Origin: Camelus ferus
Lineage: Eukaryota
DNA length: 64,000 nt
Assembly: GCF_009834535.1 (NCBI RefSeq)
Contig: NC_045697.1
Span: 74,278,001 to 74,342,000 of the forward strand
Direction: 5' to 3'
The notes under the pieces were generated by a model that searched no databases, was not told where the DNA came from, and saw only the letters and a list, made by a program, of their open reading frames with translations. The position numbers were made by a program, and so were the translations under genes. Positions 28,648 to 42,875 of this stretch are shown piece by piece; position 1 is the first letter of the stretch, and every line of letters begins with the position of its first letter.

Positions 28648-31600
28648 TATTATCCAGACATCCATCTTTATCCAGACATCCATCTTTAGCTCATTTGCAT
28701 TTGATTTTAGCTTAATTTGAATACTATTTACCTGATTAGAATCAGTTGATGTGGAAGTATTCCTAACTGAGAGGATGTTTTTTTCCCCCTCTTCGGTGAG
28801 GTGGACCATTAACCTGTCTTCTGCTGAGTAAATCTACCTAATACTACTAAGGAACTCTGTTCTCATCTCTGGTTAAAATAGCAGAAAACTGGTACACTCA
28901 GCCTTTTCTATTACATATATTCTATGATTAAATTCTTCTGTTTCAACATTTATATGTAAACTAATTCTCTAAATATTTTCCTTTGTTTGTTTGTATTTTT
29001 CCTGGATCATCACATTTTCTTTCAGGAATTAATCTTTCTTTGCCAAAGCTTTGATGTTATTTCTGTTATATTTGTTTTTCTCTTGTAAGTCATCCTGGGT
29101 TATGAAGCAGCCGTTTCAGTTCAGATGGTGGCTGTGATGCTGAGCCTTTAATCTTGCATTATTAACACACATTGAGGTGATGGAGTGGCAGTCCAAATGA
29201 TCGGAATCAAGATCAAGTTCATGACCAGGAATGAAGGTCAAGTTACTAGGTCTGGATCGGAAACACAGAGCTGAATCTAGGGCCAGGATATTTAGCCACA
29301 GGAGTAAGGTCAAGAATATGAAAGAGCAGTCAATTTTGCTAATTCAAGGTTTGGAATACCAGAGGTCAAAAATAGAAGAGTTAGGGAAAATACCTAGTTT
29401 TGTTAAGCAGAATAAAGCCAAATATGAAAAACAATTGCAGAGAGAGAGGCTGAGGTGTTATGTCTAAATCTCTGCTCCCAGCTCCTCTCCCTCTTCACAG
29501 GATATTAGATTGCAAAGTTAACCCCTAATAGCCCAGCACTTCTTCATGGAAGGTGCCTCACAAAGCCCTCTCCTCTGGAAAGTTTTAGGAATGGATTAAA
29601 AAGGAATCAATTAAAATGCACACTTCTTATCATTCCCCCTCCTTTAATTTATTTGCTAGAATATTCTACCATACAGAATAGCAAACATCTGGGAGAAATA
29701 ATGAATAGCCATTTGAAGGCAAATCTTGCTGTTCTCTGATACTAGAAAGTTTTATAATTATTTTTAACTTACTGCTAATAAGCAGGTACACTCTGATAGA
29801 ACTATTTAAAAGATTATTCTACTTCTGGAAGAGAAGTTGCCACTTCATGAAATATTTTTGTAACTTGAACATTTATGATTTAACTTACTACATTTTAACT
29901 TCTAATGCTTTGAATTGAGTTTTTTAAAACATTTATTGATAAAATCATTGTAGAAATTGGTTTTTGAGCAAAAATATCTATGTTAAATACCTCTTTCGGT
30001 GTTCCCACTGGGATCAAACTGAGAATAAAATGGGGATCTCTCTATTGGCTAGCATGTTGCAAAAATCATGGATGCCATTTAGTGGTTAATTTATATTTCC
30101 CATATCCTATCCTATGCCTTAGGTCCTTAGGAATTTTCAGATTTGACCCACCAGAGTTCTAGACTGTTAGGAAAAACACAAAACTGGAATGGTATTTCCA
30201 CTTAGATAGGCTGTTTACTATTTTTATACTGCTTACAGTGCTCACCTAAACATTTGTCAGTGATGACATATTTTTGAAGTACATGACTAAGGAAATGATG
30301 TAAAAGAAGTACAAAATGCTTTATTAATAAGTAATGCAGAGGAGGAGATATTTTGAATAGGTTTAACATATTGCTTCTCTTTTTATTCATACACGTTCTT
30401 CTGCCCCTTATTAAAATTAACTACAAAGCCACTAGGATTTCATTTTATGGTCTTGATAGCAATAATTTTTTACCATTATTTTAAGAATAAATTCTCTTAT
30501 TTTCTTGTCCTTAAGTAACTCTGATATATATAATGGTTTTGATCTTGTCAGCCAGGTAACATTTTAAAAAATCATTTCTTAGGAACAAATTTAATTTTCA
30601 TTTCACATATTTTCATTAGCCTCCTCCTTAAATATATCTTCTTAGGTGTAATGAATGTGGTGCATTACCTGCTGAGCTGTCTGGATATCAGCAGAGCAGC
30701 CTGGCATGTTGATTGAACGGGATGACCTGTCCTGCAGAGTAAAACACCTCATTTTTTTTTAAAAAACATGAATTATTGTTACTTAATCACAACTTATTTT
30801 CAGAAGGAAGAAAAGATGCTGTATGTGTCTAACAAATAAGAATAAATCACTACCAAGGGGAGTAAGGATGCTTACTTATTTGATTAATTTACCATGGCTT
30901 AAAGCTCAATTTCTTTAGCACATAATCTATTTCCAGGCAATTAAGTATTTCGGTGAGAATTACAAACTTTTTGGCTCCCAGAGTACCATTCAGACAGTAT
31001 TTTTCAAACTTTTTTACTTTCACAGTAAATAATGCATTTTACAAGGTGACTGAACATATAAATATATATCTTTGTATTATATATGTTAATATATATACTT
31101 AGAAACACTTAGAAAATAACCCACCTTACTACATGTTATGTACTCTGATATTTTCTATTTTATTTCACTTTTTAAAAAAACCTACTGTATTGATTTTAAA
31201 ACCTCACAATAGGTCATAAACAGCAGTTTGAAAAATGCTAATTTAATGGATCATTCTTTGAGAGCAAAAAATGGTTCCTTGATCATTTGTTCATTCATTC
31301 AGAGTAATTTCTGCAAGGCAGTGTTTTAAGTGCTTGTAGTAAGTATACAAAGAGAGTTAAACAAACCTATGCTTATAATCAATTCTTATTTAAACTTAAA
31401 GCCCGTTTAAAATAGAGTAAATTATATATGTGTATGAGTTTTTTCTTTAATTTTGTTCTTTCTGGCTCCTGTTTTGGCACTGATTATTGCTAGATATATT
31501 TGTAGAGATTTTCTATGACTTGACCTTTTTACTTTATCTCTTCATAATCATAAGTCATAATCAGTTTGTAAAATAACTGTTTCTATGGAAACAGCATTCA

Positions 31601-31789
31601 GTGTCTCACAAAGAAGCAAGAACATTCTAATTTTGAAAGAAATTGAAGTTTGGTGGTGGTGCTAGGGAGAAAGCATCTGACCAAGAGAAAACAGATACTA
31701 ATTTACATCAGGGGTGATGGTTCAAATGTTTCTAATTTGTGTAAATAAAAACCTTTAAAAGCTGCATCCTAATAAAAAGAAACAAACTA

Positions 31790-32100
31790 CTGATAATTAA
31801 TTGCAACTATATGGATGAATCTCAAAAACACATTGCTAAGAGGAAAAAGTCACATTTTGTGATTCCATTTATACGAAATTTCAGGAAAGGCAAAATTAGA
31901 CACATGAAAAGCAGAGCAGAGGTCTCTTGTAACTGATTAGGGAGCAGAGATTGATTGTAAATGGTCACAAGGGAACTTTTTGGTGTGATGTTGAGTGTTC
32001 TAATATTGGATTATTGCTGTAGTTGTAAAACTAAATTTACCAAAACTCATTTGAACTGTAAACTTAAAATGTGTGAATTGTAAAGTTACCTCAATCAACT
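31790..32100 (+). mobile_element. Old L1 (L1ME-like) 3' end just upstream of GSTCD exon 4
   Basis: atggatgaatctcaaaaac...gtgattccattta...aaaactcatttgaactgta...tacctcaat. Confidence 0.75.
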
Positions 32101-32153
32101 CTTATAACACACAAAAATATATAATAATGTGTTTTCATTCTTTTTCTGCCTAG

Positions 32154-32405
32154 GTAATTATCTGTAAGAAACTTTCGGAAAAGCTGGTAGAATTTCCACT
32201 GCTGGCCGCCTGGTACCAGAGGATTCAGGAAGTGCCAAGAGTAAAAACAGCGGCTTCCCAGTGTGGGATCCAGTTTCTCCATTTACCACAGTTGCAGACC
32301 ACCTCAAATGAACACCATCCAAACTTAGATGAGGCCCCATGTATAGAGGAGCAAAGTGATCCTTTATTTATAGGAGGACCACGACCCACTATGACCAAGT
32401 TAATG
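32154..32405 (+). CDS. GSTCD: GSTCD exon 4 (252 nt)
   Basis: VIICKKLSEKLVEFPLLAAWYQRIQEVP...PLFIGGPRPTMTKLM. Acceptor cctag|G, donor ATG|gtactt. Confidence 0.95.
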
Positions 32406-33689
32406 GTACTTAAGTTGGTTTTATTAAAGTCTTGTTTGAAGGATTCCACGTGGTAATGTTGCTGAGCATCCTACCCCAACTTGCAATCATCTGTTCACAC
32501 TTCTGTTATAAATTTTATTTATATCACTCTTGACCAATTAATATTTCTGCTAGTCTTTTCATTTAAGTGAAATGTGGTAAATTGAAGATTTTTAATATTG
32601 TGTGTCTTTGGAATCAAATAAGTCTATATATATATTTTTTTTAAATATTTTTCTCAAAGCTTTTTTTTAATCTAAGACACCAAGAGCATATTATGTGTGG
32701 TCAAGTTTATTGTTTTAACCTGATGTTTTTCTGTTGCAAGGACTTGGTCTCAGTTTTTTTAATTTTGAGGTGATGATTTGAATTAAAGAAATATAAAGAT
32801 GATTATCTCAGTTTACATTCCAAGATTTTGTCTAAATTTAAGATTTTTGAATTCTTTGAATTGTCTTAACTTTATTCTTTGATTTTAGTGACTTTTTATA
32901 TAATAAGAACACATGATTTTTCTGTCTTTGCAGCATAATTTGTTTCTAATAGTACTAATTGTAAAAGTTTTTGCCAATAAGCTCTCTTTTCTCTATCATT
33001 CAAAAAATTTGCAAAAGTGTGTTGTTTTTAACTTAGACTATTTGAAGAATTATTTGAATAGAGAATTTGTGAAGTAGTTTGAGCTAGTCATCTGAGTTGT
33101 ATCGGAAATACTTGAGTTAGGAAGTATTTAAATTCTATACTTAACATAAAGTTTGCTGATTTGGAAAAGCACAGGAAGATTTTAGTAGTGATACCAGCCC
33201 TTTATCTCTTCAGCTAAGCTTTGTTAGCCTAGTGATGAAACTATGAAACAGGCTGGTATAGTTGGTTATAGAAGATATCAGATATCAAAGCAGATCCAAA
33301 GTTTGATGTGTCTTGATCAGTTGGTTGTACTGTTCAGTAATCTCTCATTACCTCCTGAGTGTTTTTTTAAAAATAATTGTCAAGAGAGTAATCTTTGTAT
33401 TAAAATACTAATTTTTAAAATTTCCACAAACCAAAAATCTATACCTTTAATTCATACTTATGCAGAATCTTGAAAAAAATTGGTAATTCAGATTTTTCTA
33501 CCTATGCTCTTCCAACAATAAAATGACATTAGGAAAGGCATTTACATTTGAACTGTTTAAAAATATTTATAAAAAAGAGAGATAACTAAAATTCAAAGTC
33601 AGAAAAAAGTTAATAGACAATTATAAAAATAAGTCTTTTTGTAATAATGTGAAAATATAAAGGAATCTTGAATTTTTAATTTATAGGGG

Positions 33690-34050
33690 ATGTGTTAGTT
33701 CAGGTCCTCCAAGAAACAAATTCCAAGATAGGGAGCAAGCAGTGTACTGAAGGAAGCAGCTTCAGTGAGGGGAAGAGGAGAGGCAGCCAGAGGAGGCTGG
33801 GAGGGCCTTCAGAATGTGATGCAGGTTTGATCCCTGTGCATGAAGACAGGAAAGATAGGAAGATTGAGTCAGAAAAGTCAGACTTCTGTGCAGTTCTAAG
33901 AAAGTTTTCTCAAGTCAGTGGGGAGTCCTTGAGCCTGAATCATCTGTCAGAGAGTTCCATGTTTCTCAAAAATTATCTGCCACTGTCAGTCTCTGAGACT
34001 GAGACTCTCAGTCATTGCTTTGGGAACAGCCCATGGGAAAGCTATGCTAG
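33690..34050. mobile_element. MLT1-like MaLR LTR remnant
   Basis: Starts tgtgttagttcaggtcctccaagaa, an MLT1-like end; internal tgatgcaggtttga motif. Confidence 0.55.
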
Positions 34051-34334
34051 GGACCAAGTGACTTGGGTTCTCCCAGCTTTGTAGCTAAGTTAACATTATT
34101 ACCTTCAGTAAGTCATTTAACCAAAGGCTCTCAATTTCTCCTTTTAAAATTTGGAGAGCAGTACACATTCTGTATGATTCATTTCTGATTTTAAATCTTA
34201 TGATTGTATAAAAGTTGCTTGGGAGATTGCATCTTCAATTAAAAAAAAAGAATGTTCAAATATGAAAATAACTTAAACTTTCCATTTTCATTCAGTTCTA
34301 ACTTGATAGTGTGTATTGTATGCAATACATTTTC

Positions 34335-34459
34335 CTTTTTATTTTGGGGGTGGTAATTAGGTTTGTTTCTTTGTTTGTTTCTAATGGAGGCTCTGGGGAT
34401 TGAACCCAGGACTGCATGCATGCTAAGCACATGCTCTGCCACTGAGCTCTACCCTCCCC
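34335..34459 (-). mobile_element. tRNA-derived SINE, camelid vic-1-like
   Basis: Minus strand GGGGAGGGTAGAGCTCAGTGGCAGAGC...GGGTTCAATCCCCAG (A and B boxes) with an A-rich tail. Confidence 0.85.
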
Positions 34460-36279
34460 TCATCATTTTCCTTTTTAATATGCCATTATTTTTGCTACTT
34501 ACCAGCAAGTTTATTGTCATATATATTTGAAAGACAATATTATATCAATTTACTATATTCTGTGAAGGTATTTTATTTATACTGTTACTTTTCATTTCTG
34601 TATAGTTAGGCATTTTGGGGAGTTTTTGTGTGTGTTTTGGGGTTTTTTGCCGATTCCATGAGGACACATGAAATTGGCACTAAGTGAATGTATAAAACAG
34701 GAAACTTTTCTAACAATCACATCTCACCTTTTTTCCTTCTGTTTTCTTTGGCACAATCTTGCCTCCCAAATCCCCCTTATTTTCCAGATGTTCTAAATTT
34801 ATTTATTTACTCAGTCAAAAAAAGGTATATTTTTTTACTAAACTTCAGACACTGTTTTGAATGTTGGATATATGAGGAACAAATTGGACTGCCCCCAGGG
34901 AGCTTACATTCTGGTGAGGTAGCTAAATAAAGAGAAAAACAAATAAATGTGTATGTAGCACATTAAGTAATGATAAGTGCTATAAAAAAGTAACATAGGA
35001 TGAGGAGGATGGAAGTGATGGAGGTCAGGATAGTTTTTTAGATAGGGTGATAAGGAAGGATTATCTGATGAGGTGAAGACATTGAGCAAATAACCTGAAT
35101 GAACATTTGAGAATTTGGAGGAAGTGTCCTAGGCAGAGGTTCCAACTATTAAGACCCTGAGCAAATCTACAGAGACAGAAAATGGATCAGTAGCTGCCCA
35201 GGGCAGGGAGCTATGGGGGGAGAATGGAGAGTGCTAATGGGCATGGGGCAAGACCCTAAGATGGGAATGAGTTTGGTGAAATGAGGAATAGCAAGAAGCT
35301 CAGTATGGCTAGACTAGAATAAGGGAGGTAGGGGAGAAGTAGATGATGTCAGAGAGATATGTTTATCTTTCTGAAGGCAAGGAAGTCCTCTAGACCTCTC
35401 TACCTATAGATGCAGCTCTACCCCAACAAAAGAATTTTTGTACTATTTCCTTTGGAACTGGAATTCAGCTGGTTTTCACAATAGAAAGTAATCTCATAAA
35501 CTAACTACAAAGGGCTAATGATAGATTCTCAGGGATTTTTGTTTTGAATAGATATTCCTGAAGATAAATTCATGAACCATGTATATGTATCCTATGGGCT
35601 GTGGACAGAATATGATTGGAAAGGATCTGGGAATCCATGTGTGTGCCAAGCCACTGTCTGTAGATCAAATAAGTAAATGCACAAAGTTTTACATGGGGAA
35701 GGGATCTGAGAATGTTTTTATGTATTGAAGGATAATGATCATTTTTTTAAAATATTGGGAACCATTTTGTTAAAACAAAAGGATCCTTTTCTAGAGGCTT
35801 TGTAGGTACTTGTAGAAGGCTAGTATGTATGATAACGTTGGGTGAATGTTGAAGTGGGGACTTTTTGGTCCTTTAAATATAGCTCCTAGGCAGGGACAAT
35901 TTTCATATAATTCAAGACAGATCTTGATGGAAATATGCAGAGTCAGTTTTTGATTATGTGGATTGTTTCTGATAAAAACTTTTATCCTCAGGTGACTTTT
36001 CTCTTTGACACCCAATATATTTCTAGGTAGCTTATTACTTCTGTGTTGCTTCAGTAATATTTTAAATAGGAAATTTAATAATAATTTATAGTAAAGTAAT
36101 TGAGCTGTCAAGAAACTCAACATACCATTTCTTATGTAACTAAGTATTTTGAGGAATACCTGATGATTATTAAAATTTATATTCCTCCTTGCCAGTATAG
36201 AAACTAGAAATTTGGTCTTTAGAACATAACAGGATTTTATTAATTCATTAATTTGGAAAGGGCCTATCTCCTTTTTCAG

Positions 36280-36373
36280 GAAAAAGGCATTGAAGTGATG
36301 TTTTCTCCCCACCCTTGCCCTACTTGGACCCTTGATTGGGATACTCTTCCTGCAGCAGTGAGCCCAAAGGAAG
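36280..36373 (+). CDS. GSTCD: GSTCD exon 5 (94 nt); intron 5 runs past the window end
   Basis: EKGIEVMFSPHPCPTWTLDWDTLPAAVSPKEG. Acceptor tttcag|G, donor AAG|gtgagt. Confidence 0.95.
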
Positions 36374-39029
36374 GTGAGTTTTTTCCTTCTTTTTTGAATT
36401 TTACTTGTAATCTGGATACGCTGTTCAGATCCATCTTCTAGATCTCTAGTTCTCTCTTTGGCTATATCCAACGATATGATTATACTATCCATTGCATTTT
36501 TATTTTATTTTTATTCTAAAAATTTTACATATACACATTGCTTCAATTTAATATTTCCCACATTTTCCTACATTTGCTTCATCTATTCCTTTTATTTTTC
36601 TTTGCAGAAGTATTTTGAAGCTTATCCCAGATAACATGTCAGACTATAGTATGACCATCTAAAAAATATTGACATCTTAAATAATCTCCATGTCATCACA
36701 CTTAATAAAAATCAACAAAAATTCGTTGATCATCTAATAAGCAGTTCATAATGATTTTCCCCCAACTGTTTAAAATGTTATTTGAAAAAAATATTTTGAT
36801 AGTTAGGTTTTCAGTTAAATAATTATATTTTTTATTGCTAGAAATTATATTTGGTTTGTTTGCTTTGATAATACACTTTTCCCTGCTCATGTTCAATTTC
36901 CTCTTGCTATAATTTGTAAACATAGTGATTTTATAATCTGTATTTGTTGTTTCTAATAGCTGATGCCCATAGAAGTCTAGTTCCGTTGTTTGTTGTTTCT
37001 ATTGACTTGACTACTGGCTCTGTTTCCCTGTTAGTTTTGTAATTTTCGATTATAAGTTCATTTTTGGGGTTACCTAAATCTGAGAATCTTGTGGGGCTTG
37101 GGTTAGGAATGAATTCCCACAGAAATAGTTAATGTTTGTTTGTGTGAGGCATCTTGAAGTATAGAACTGAAGGCACTAGAACTTATCATTAGTTTTTCAG
37201 ATTGAGATTCCTTCAGCCTTTTCTATCTGGGGCTGAGGTTTAAACAGAAAAGTTTACTTTTATCGTCTTCCTTTGCTGTTTGATGGAACTTTTTTTTTTT
37301 TTTTGAAATGCATCTTTTCATAATGAATATAGCTTTTCAAGGTTTCGGCTTTCATGTGGTGATACCAGTTTCAACTCTCCACCATGCTAGGGGTCAAGGA
37401 CTAGCCTGTCTTCTTTGTCTAGCTGTTAAAGCCTGGATCCCAGCAAATACCTTCCAGGCAGCTGTGGTGTCAGTTCAAGATAATTACAGTGCTTTTTAGT
37501 TCCTTTCCCCCTTTTTAAGGCCCTATGGGTTTTCCTTACTCTCAGAAATCCAGTTGTACGTGTAAAGGATGATTGTTGAATTTTAAATGCCCTTTTAGCT
37601 ATTGTTTAGGTGAAGAACTTTTTTATAGCTCACTGTTCTATTTATTAGATCTTCACATATTCTTTAGTTTTATACTAAGCCAAATATAAGTTTTGATTTT
37701 TCAAATGCTCTTTGAAATCATATGCTCTTTGAAAATCATTTTTCAAATGCTCTTTCTTTTTTGTATTCATCTTTTCTATGCTGCTTCCTAATATTGCCTG
37801 TATCTCACTGATGAATTCTGTTCTGTCAGTCAAGAGTTAGATTAGAATTAGAATTCTTCCAAACTGGAAGATTATGTTGGATAGTTAAGAACTCTGCTGC
37901 AAAGATATTTTATAAAAATGAAATCCATTTTTTGGTGTTTTATTAAATATTTGAAAAATAGTCACTAATGAATTTGTTAATGTTTTAAGAATTTTTGACA
38001 TTTTACAAAATTTAAATGTTTGTCTTTATTATACATGCAATTATATTTTGTATACTCTTCAGTTATAGTATAGATTCTGAAGGAGTTAAACCTATAATTT
38101 ACTAAATAAAAATGAGATTTTTATTAATATTTATATTAAGAAATGGAAACAGAACTTTTTAAGTGCCACATGTTTTGCTCTATAATTAATTTACTGTGAA
38201 GGCAAAAGAATATTTTCACTTATTAATATGAGCACTCAAATTACATTTGCTACCAACTCAAAATTTGACATTAAGCATTCATATCTGGTCGTTTTACTGG
38301 TTAGAAGTGCATAGCTAATGGAGTTCATGGAATATATTACTCATTATATCCCTTTAATTGGATCACCTTATTTTCATAAATATAATGACAAAGATGGAAT
38401 TATAACAGCAGAGCTACATGGCTCACTCACGTTTTATTCACTGTTTCTTAAAAGGTTTATAGTCTTGTTAGCTAAGGTAGAATTGTGTCATTTTAGATTT
38501 TCTGTTTTCAAGTCTGGCAGTTTCCATATCGCATAGTAATAGAACCTTTGTGAAATGAAATTATTGTACATAGTGGTGTGGAGGTCACTACACACATGTT
38601 CTGACGATTTGTCTTCTGGTACTGTCTTTTATGAGAAATTTATTATAATAAGGTATCGTTTGGGTGTTTCAAAGACTGACTCCTTATACTGACTCCGCTG
38701 AGTTATATCAAGATTGTGGTGCATTTTATAAGAATCAGCTTCTTTACCATCAAAGACTGTATTAATTCTCATGATGGTGTCTCGTATATTTTGTAAGCCT
38801 ATCTAATCTCTCATCCTCTGCTGTCATCCATTTTTCTTCCTCCATCTTACAAACCATTCCCTGAACTTTTTACTGCTTCCATTATACAATCTATATTTGC
38901 TACCTCCATGCCTTCACCTTCATTTTTCCTCCAGCCTTGAATACTCTTCTTTCCATTTCCCATTCCACTGAAATTGTATTCATCTTTTAAGGATCAAGGC
39001 AAATGCTGCTTCTTTCATTGAGCCTTCTG

Positions 39030-39290
39030 CATGGGTTATGAAGTCAGCCTGCTTGAGTTTGAAATCAGAGCTACCATTTAGCTAGCTAGATAACCTATGG
39101 CCAGATCCTCAACTAGAATCTCTGAATTCTCTGTATTCTCAAACTGACAACTCTCTGTACTTCAGTGATCTCATCTGCAGAATGGGGATAATAATAATAC
39201 CTACCTTATAAAATTGTTGGTATATTCAATGAATATATAAAACACTTAGTACAGTGCCTAACTGTAAATAGTAAGTGTTAAATAATACTA
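39030..39290 (+). mobile_element. MIR SINE
   Basis: tcagtgatctcatctgcagaatggggataataataatacctacc core. Confidence 0.75.
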
Positions 39291-39649
39291 ATATAGCAGT
39301 CAGAATTAGCATTCCCTCTCAACATTTCTTTAGTACTTACTTACGCTTCATTTAGAATGCTTATAGTACACTTCTTTTACACTATATTTATATGCATGTT
39401 TTCCTTCTCCAGTAGACTGTGAGCTCTTTAAATAAAGGACCCCTGTGGATAGGTTCTCAATAATTTTTTATTAAATTGAATTGGATTGAGACTGCAGATC
39501 CTTTTTTTTTAACTTCCCAAATTTCTATTTAAACCAGAAAATTATTTTGTCTTATATAAATTTAAAAGACTAAAATAATTGAGATTATTTAGTTTTAAGA
39601 AAAGAGAACTGAATATTTAATATACATCACCATTCTTATTGTTATGTCA

Positions 39650-41100
39650 TTATTATTATATTTTTCATGGACTGTTTGGGAGTAAGTTGCAGACATCATG
39701 ACTCTGCTTCTAAATACTTAACTATCTCCTTTAAGAACAAGAACATTTTCTTACATTGCCATAGTACAATGATCAAAACAGGGTATTTAATTCAGTAATA
39801 CTATTATCTATCCTACCATCCAGTAGATTGTAGTACATTTAGTTGTCATGTTTCTTTACTTTCCTTTTATGTGAAACAATTTCTCAGCCTTTCTTTGTCT
39901 TTCATATAACATAGACTTTATTGAAGAGTTCAGGCCAGTTTTTTGTATACTGTCTCTCAGTTTGGATTTGTCTAATGTTTCCTCATGATTAGATTCAAGT
40001 TATGCATTTTGGGCAGGAACACCACAGAAATGATACTGCGTCTTTCTTAGTGCCTCATTATCAGGAGGCATATTATGTCAGTTTGGGCTCAGTGATATTG
40101 ACTTTGGTCATTTGCTGAAGGTGGTGTCTGCCAGGTGCCTCTACTGTAATGTTACTATTTTGCTCTATTGAATTAATAAGTAGTTTGTGGAGAGATAAAT
40201 ATTTGAGGCTACATAATATCTTATTTCTTTTCAAAATTTCACTCACTGATTTATATTCATTTAATGCTTCTTGCCTATGGTAGTTTCAAAATGGTGATTT
40301 TTCAACTCCATCATATTTCTATGTTTGTTAGTTGCCACTCTACTATAAGAAACTTTTCTTTTTTTCTTTTTCTTTCTCTCCTTCTTTCTCTTACTGTCTA
40401 TTGACTCAGGAACTTTTGGTTTATTAAATGAGCTATAATCCATCACTGTCTTTACTAATTTCAGTGCTCAAGTTGTCCCAGGTTGTAAGTGCCTTCAAGC
40501 TGGCTCCTGAGCCTTTGGAAATGCCCCAACCATTGTATGACTATGTCCTTAATTTCTGGCATAATGAAGTATTACAGGCTCATTTTGTCATTTCCTGGCC
40601 CCAGCCCTAGAATCAGCTGTTTCTCCAGAGAGCCCTGGTTCCTTTTAGTAGAGGATGGTATTGAGAAAATTAGATTTGGGCACTAGGTATGCTCATTGCT
40701 AACAGTGTTGTTGCTTCTAGGTTCTCTCAGCAGAGAGATGTGTATACAGATACATCTGTTAGGAAGTAGATGAATGTATGCATACATCTACATACACACA
40801 CATGCATAATCATCACATCAATGTCTACTGCTGTACCTATATATATGTCTATTACACTGACACCTTTCATTCTAATCCAGTACCACAAGATCCTTCCTAG
40901 TTTTTCTGAATTCAATATCTATGTCTACCTCTTCCAACAGTAAAAGTTATAGCACCCAACATCACTTATAGATTTGTTCATTTGTTCTGTCCTCCACTAT
41001 GTGAATGGTAATTTCAGTATTGCTTTATGCTTATCTCTGTGAAAAGTACAACTACTAAGTTGAATTCCAGTTTGTTTGCAGTTATTTTCATCTTTGAATT
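39650..41100 (-). mobile_element. Old L1 (L1MC-like) 3' region
   Basis: gttgcagacatcatg, ggcaggaacaccacagaaatgat, tcagctgtttctccagagagccctgg motifs. Confidence 0.7.
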
Positions 41101-42719
41101 CAGAGTATATGCAGGTAATTGTGATCAGATGGTTCTACAGAAGATGAATTATGAAAAGTGAAAAATTAAATGTTTAAGTTAATGTTAATTGTGTCCCCTG
41201 ATAGAAAATCTTCAGTCAACAGTTTCCTGCTCTGAGAGGATCCAGGCAATTGCATATTCTTTATGACCATTTGGCCTCAAATAATTGTGATTTCCTACTC
41301 TTATGAACTAGGGTAAATACTGTATGAGCCTGAGGACTCCTTTTGTTATGTCCAGAGGCACCTCTTCCTTGCTCTTTGAATTTTTGCCCTCTGAGTATGA
41401 AGGAAGGAATAGACGTAGTCTTTTGCCTGAAGACCTAGAATAGAACTGCTCTAAGCCATTCACTCCATCGATATTTCCCTATGCCCTCTCTGTTCTTCAG
41501 TACCTTTTAGGTGAATGGTTCCTGTATTAGGAGTTGCTCCTAGACCCTAATAATCACATCAATCATCAAGGAGGGAGCAGAGTCAGAAGCATGACCTTAT
41601 AGAAGATAAAGGCAACAAGAAAATAGTTGCATAGGTGTTGTTCCAGTTATAATCTCTTCTATTCTTATATTCAGAGTTCAACTGTCTTAGAAATATGGCC
41701 TAATTAGGTATACATGAGGCCTTAGTTTTGCTTTTGAGCTGTGTGAGAGCACTAACTCCTAGGCAGACTGATATGAGGATAGTGTCTAAAAACCTTGAAC
41801 ATCACCACTCGTTCACCCTCACCCTCTGCCACTCAGGTTAGAGTGTATACTTAACAGCTGAGTTAAAAAGAAAATGAACAGCAGAGTTTTACTAGATGGA
41901 TATAGTAAGATCTCTCATTTCTAGAGGGCTTTAAACCTAGTAGATTTCATTTACTAGGGACAGAGATATATGCATTCTTAGAACAAGAATTACAAACTGG
42001 TATATTTTGGTTACTGTTATATAAACCACTGATTGAATTTATGGTTCTAAGGGAATGTATAATTTTGTAATCCTAGTGGAAGATTATTCTCTATTAGGAA
42101 TAAGATATTTCTTTTTATCAAACTTTACATACAGCAATTATAGATGACTAAAGTTTTTAAATTTAAAAGCTTATCCTGATGAGAATCATTAGAAATAATC
42201 CCTTTTTTTCCCCATTTGTTTTCTGTATAATATTTGGGGTTGAAAAGAATGAATTGATCCTTGACATCAGGAAAAATGTAAAATATGATAGTGATACACA
42301 ATGTAACTAGTAAAAATTTGCCTCAGTGCAAAGGCTCTGCCCTCCCTCCACCCTTTTATTATATGCTTCAACAAACCAAATCACCCTTTCCTTTTCCAGC
42401 AGAAGTGACTGAGGTAAGCAAAGGAAGAATGTGGTCAAGGTCTTTGGAGGGAGTTGTATCCAAGGTGGAGAAAGGAAGGACTAAACAGAGCCTTTCCCTC
42501 TATCAGTGATTCTTAACAAGGTTCTTACTAACCCTAAGGGATGTGGTAAATAGCACTATATTTTGCTATTTGTGCCAGAAAGCCAGGAATGCTAAAAGGT
42601 CACCATAACAAAGAATTGTCTCATCAGTAAATATAAACATTGCCCTTTTTTGGGGAAAATAAAACATAAAAGTTTGTCTTAGGACCTCTAGTCAGGGTGT
42701 AAGAATACTTCATTGTCCT

Positions 42720-42875
42720 AAACCATTACTTTTCAAACTAGGACATCCATCAGAATCATTTGTTAAAATAGATTGGTGGGCCCTACACTAGAGTCTGAGC
42801 GGGGCCCTAGAATTTTCATTTCTAAGAAATATCAACTAATACTGCTTCTGCTGCTTTTGAGGACCACAGACTGTG
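42720..42875. mobile_element. MER5-like element
   Basis: catcagaatca...ggccctagaattttcatttctaa...ggaccacagact. Confidence 0.55.

Noticed and set aside
35791..36492. 233-aa minus-strand ORF across GSTCD exon 5
   Set aside because: Composite: an L1 ORF1-like start (SLDIAKERTRDLED), the antisense of exon 5, then AT-rich intron with no coherent protein.
37698..37756. Short imperfect tandem of (AA)ATGCTCTTTGAAA; similar 13-nt duplication near 22007-22032
   Set aside because: Ordinary slippage duplications with no repeat-spacer structure. No CRISPR or other prokaryotic features in this window.
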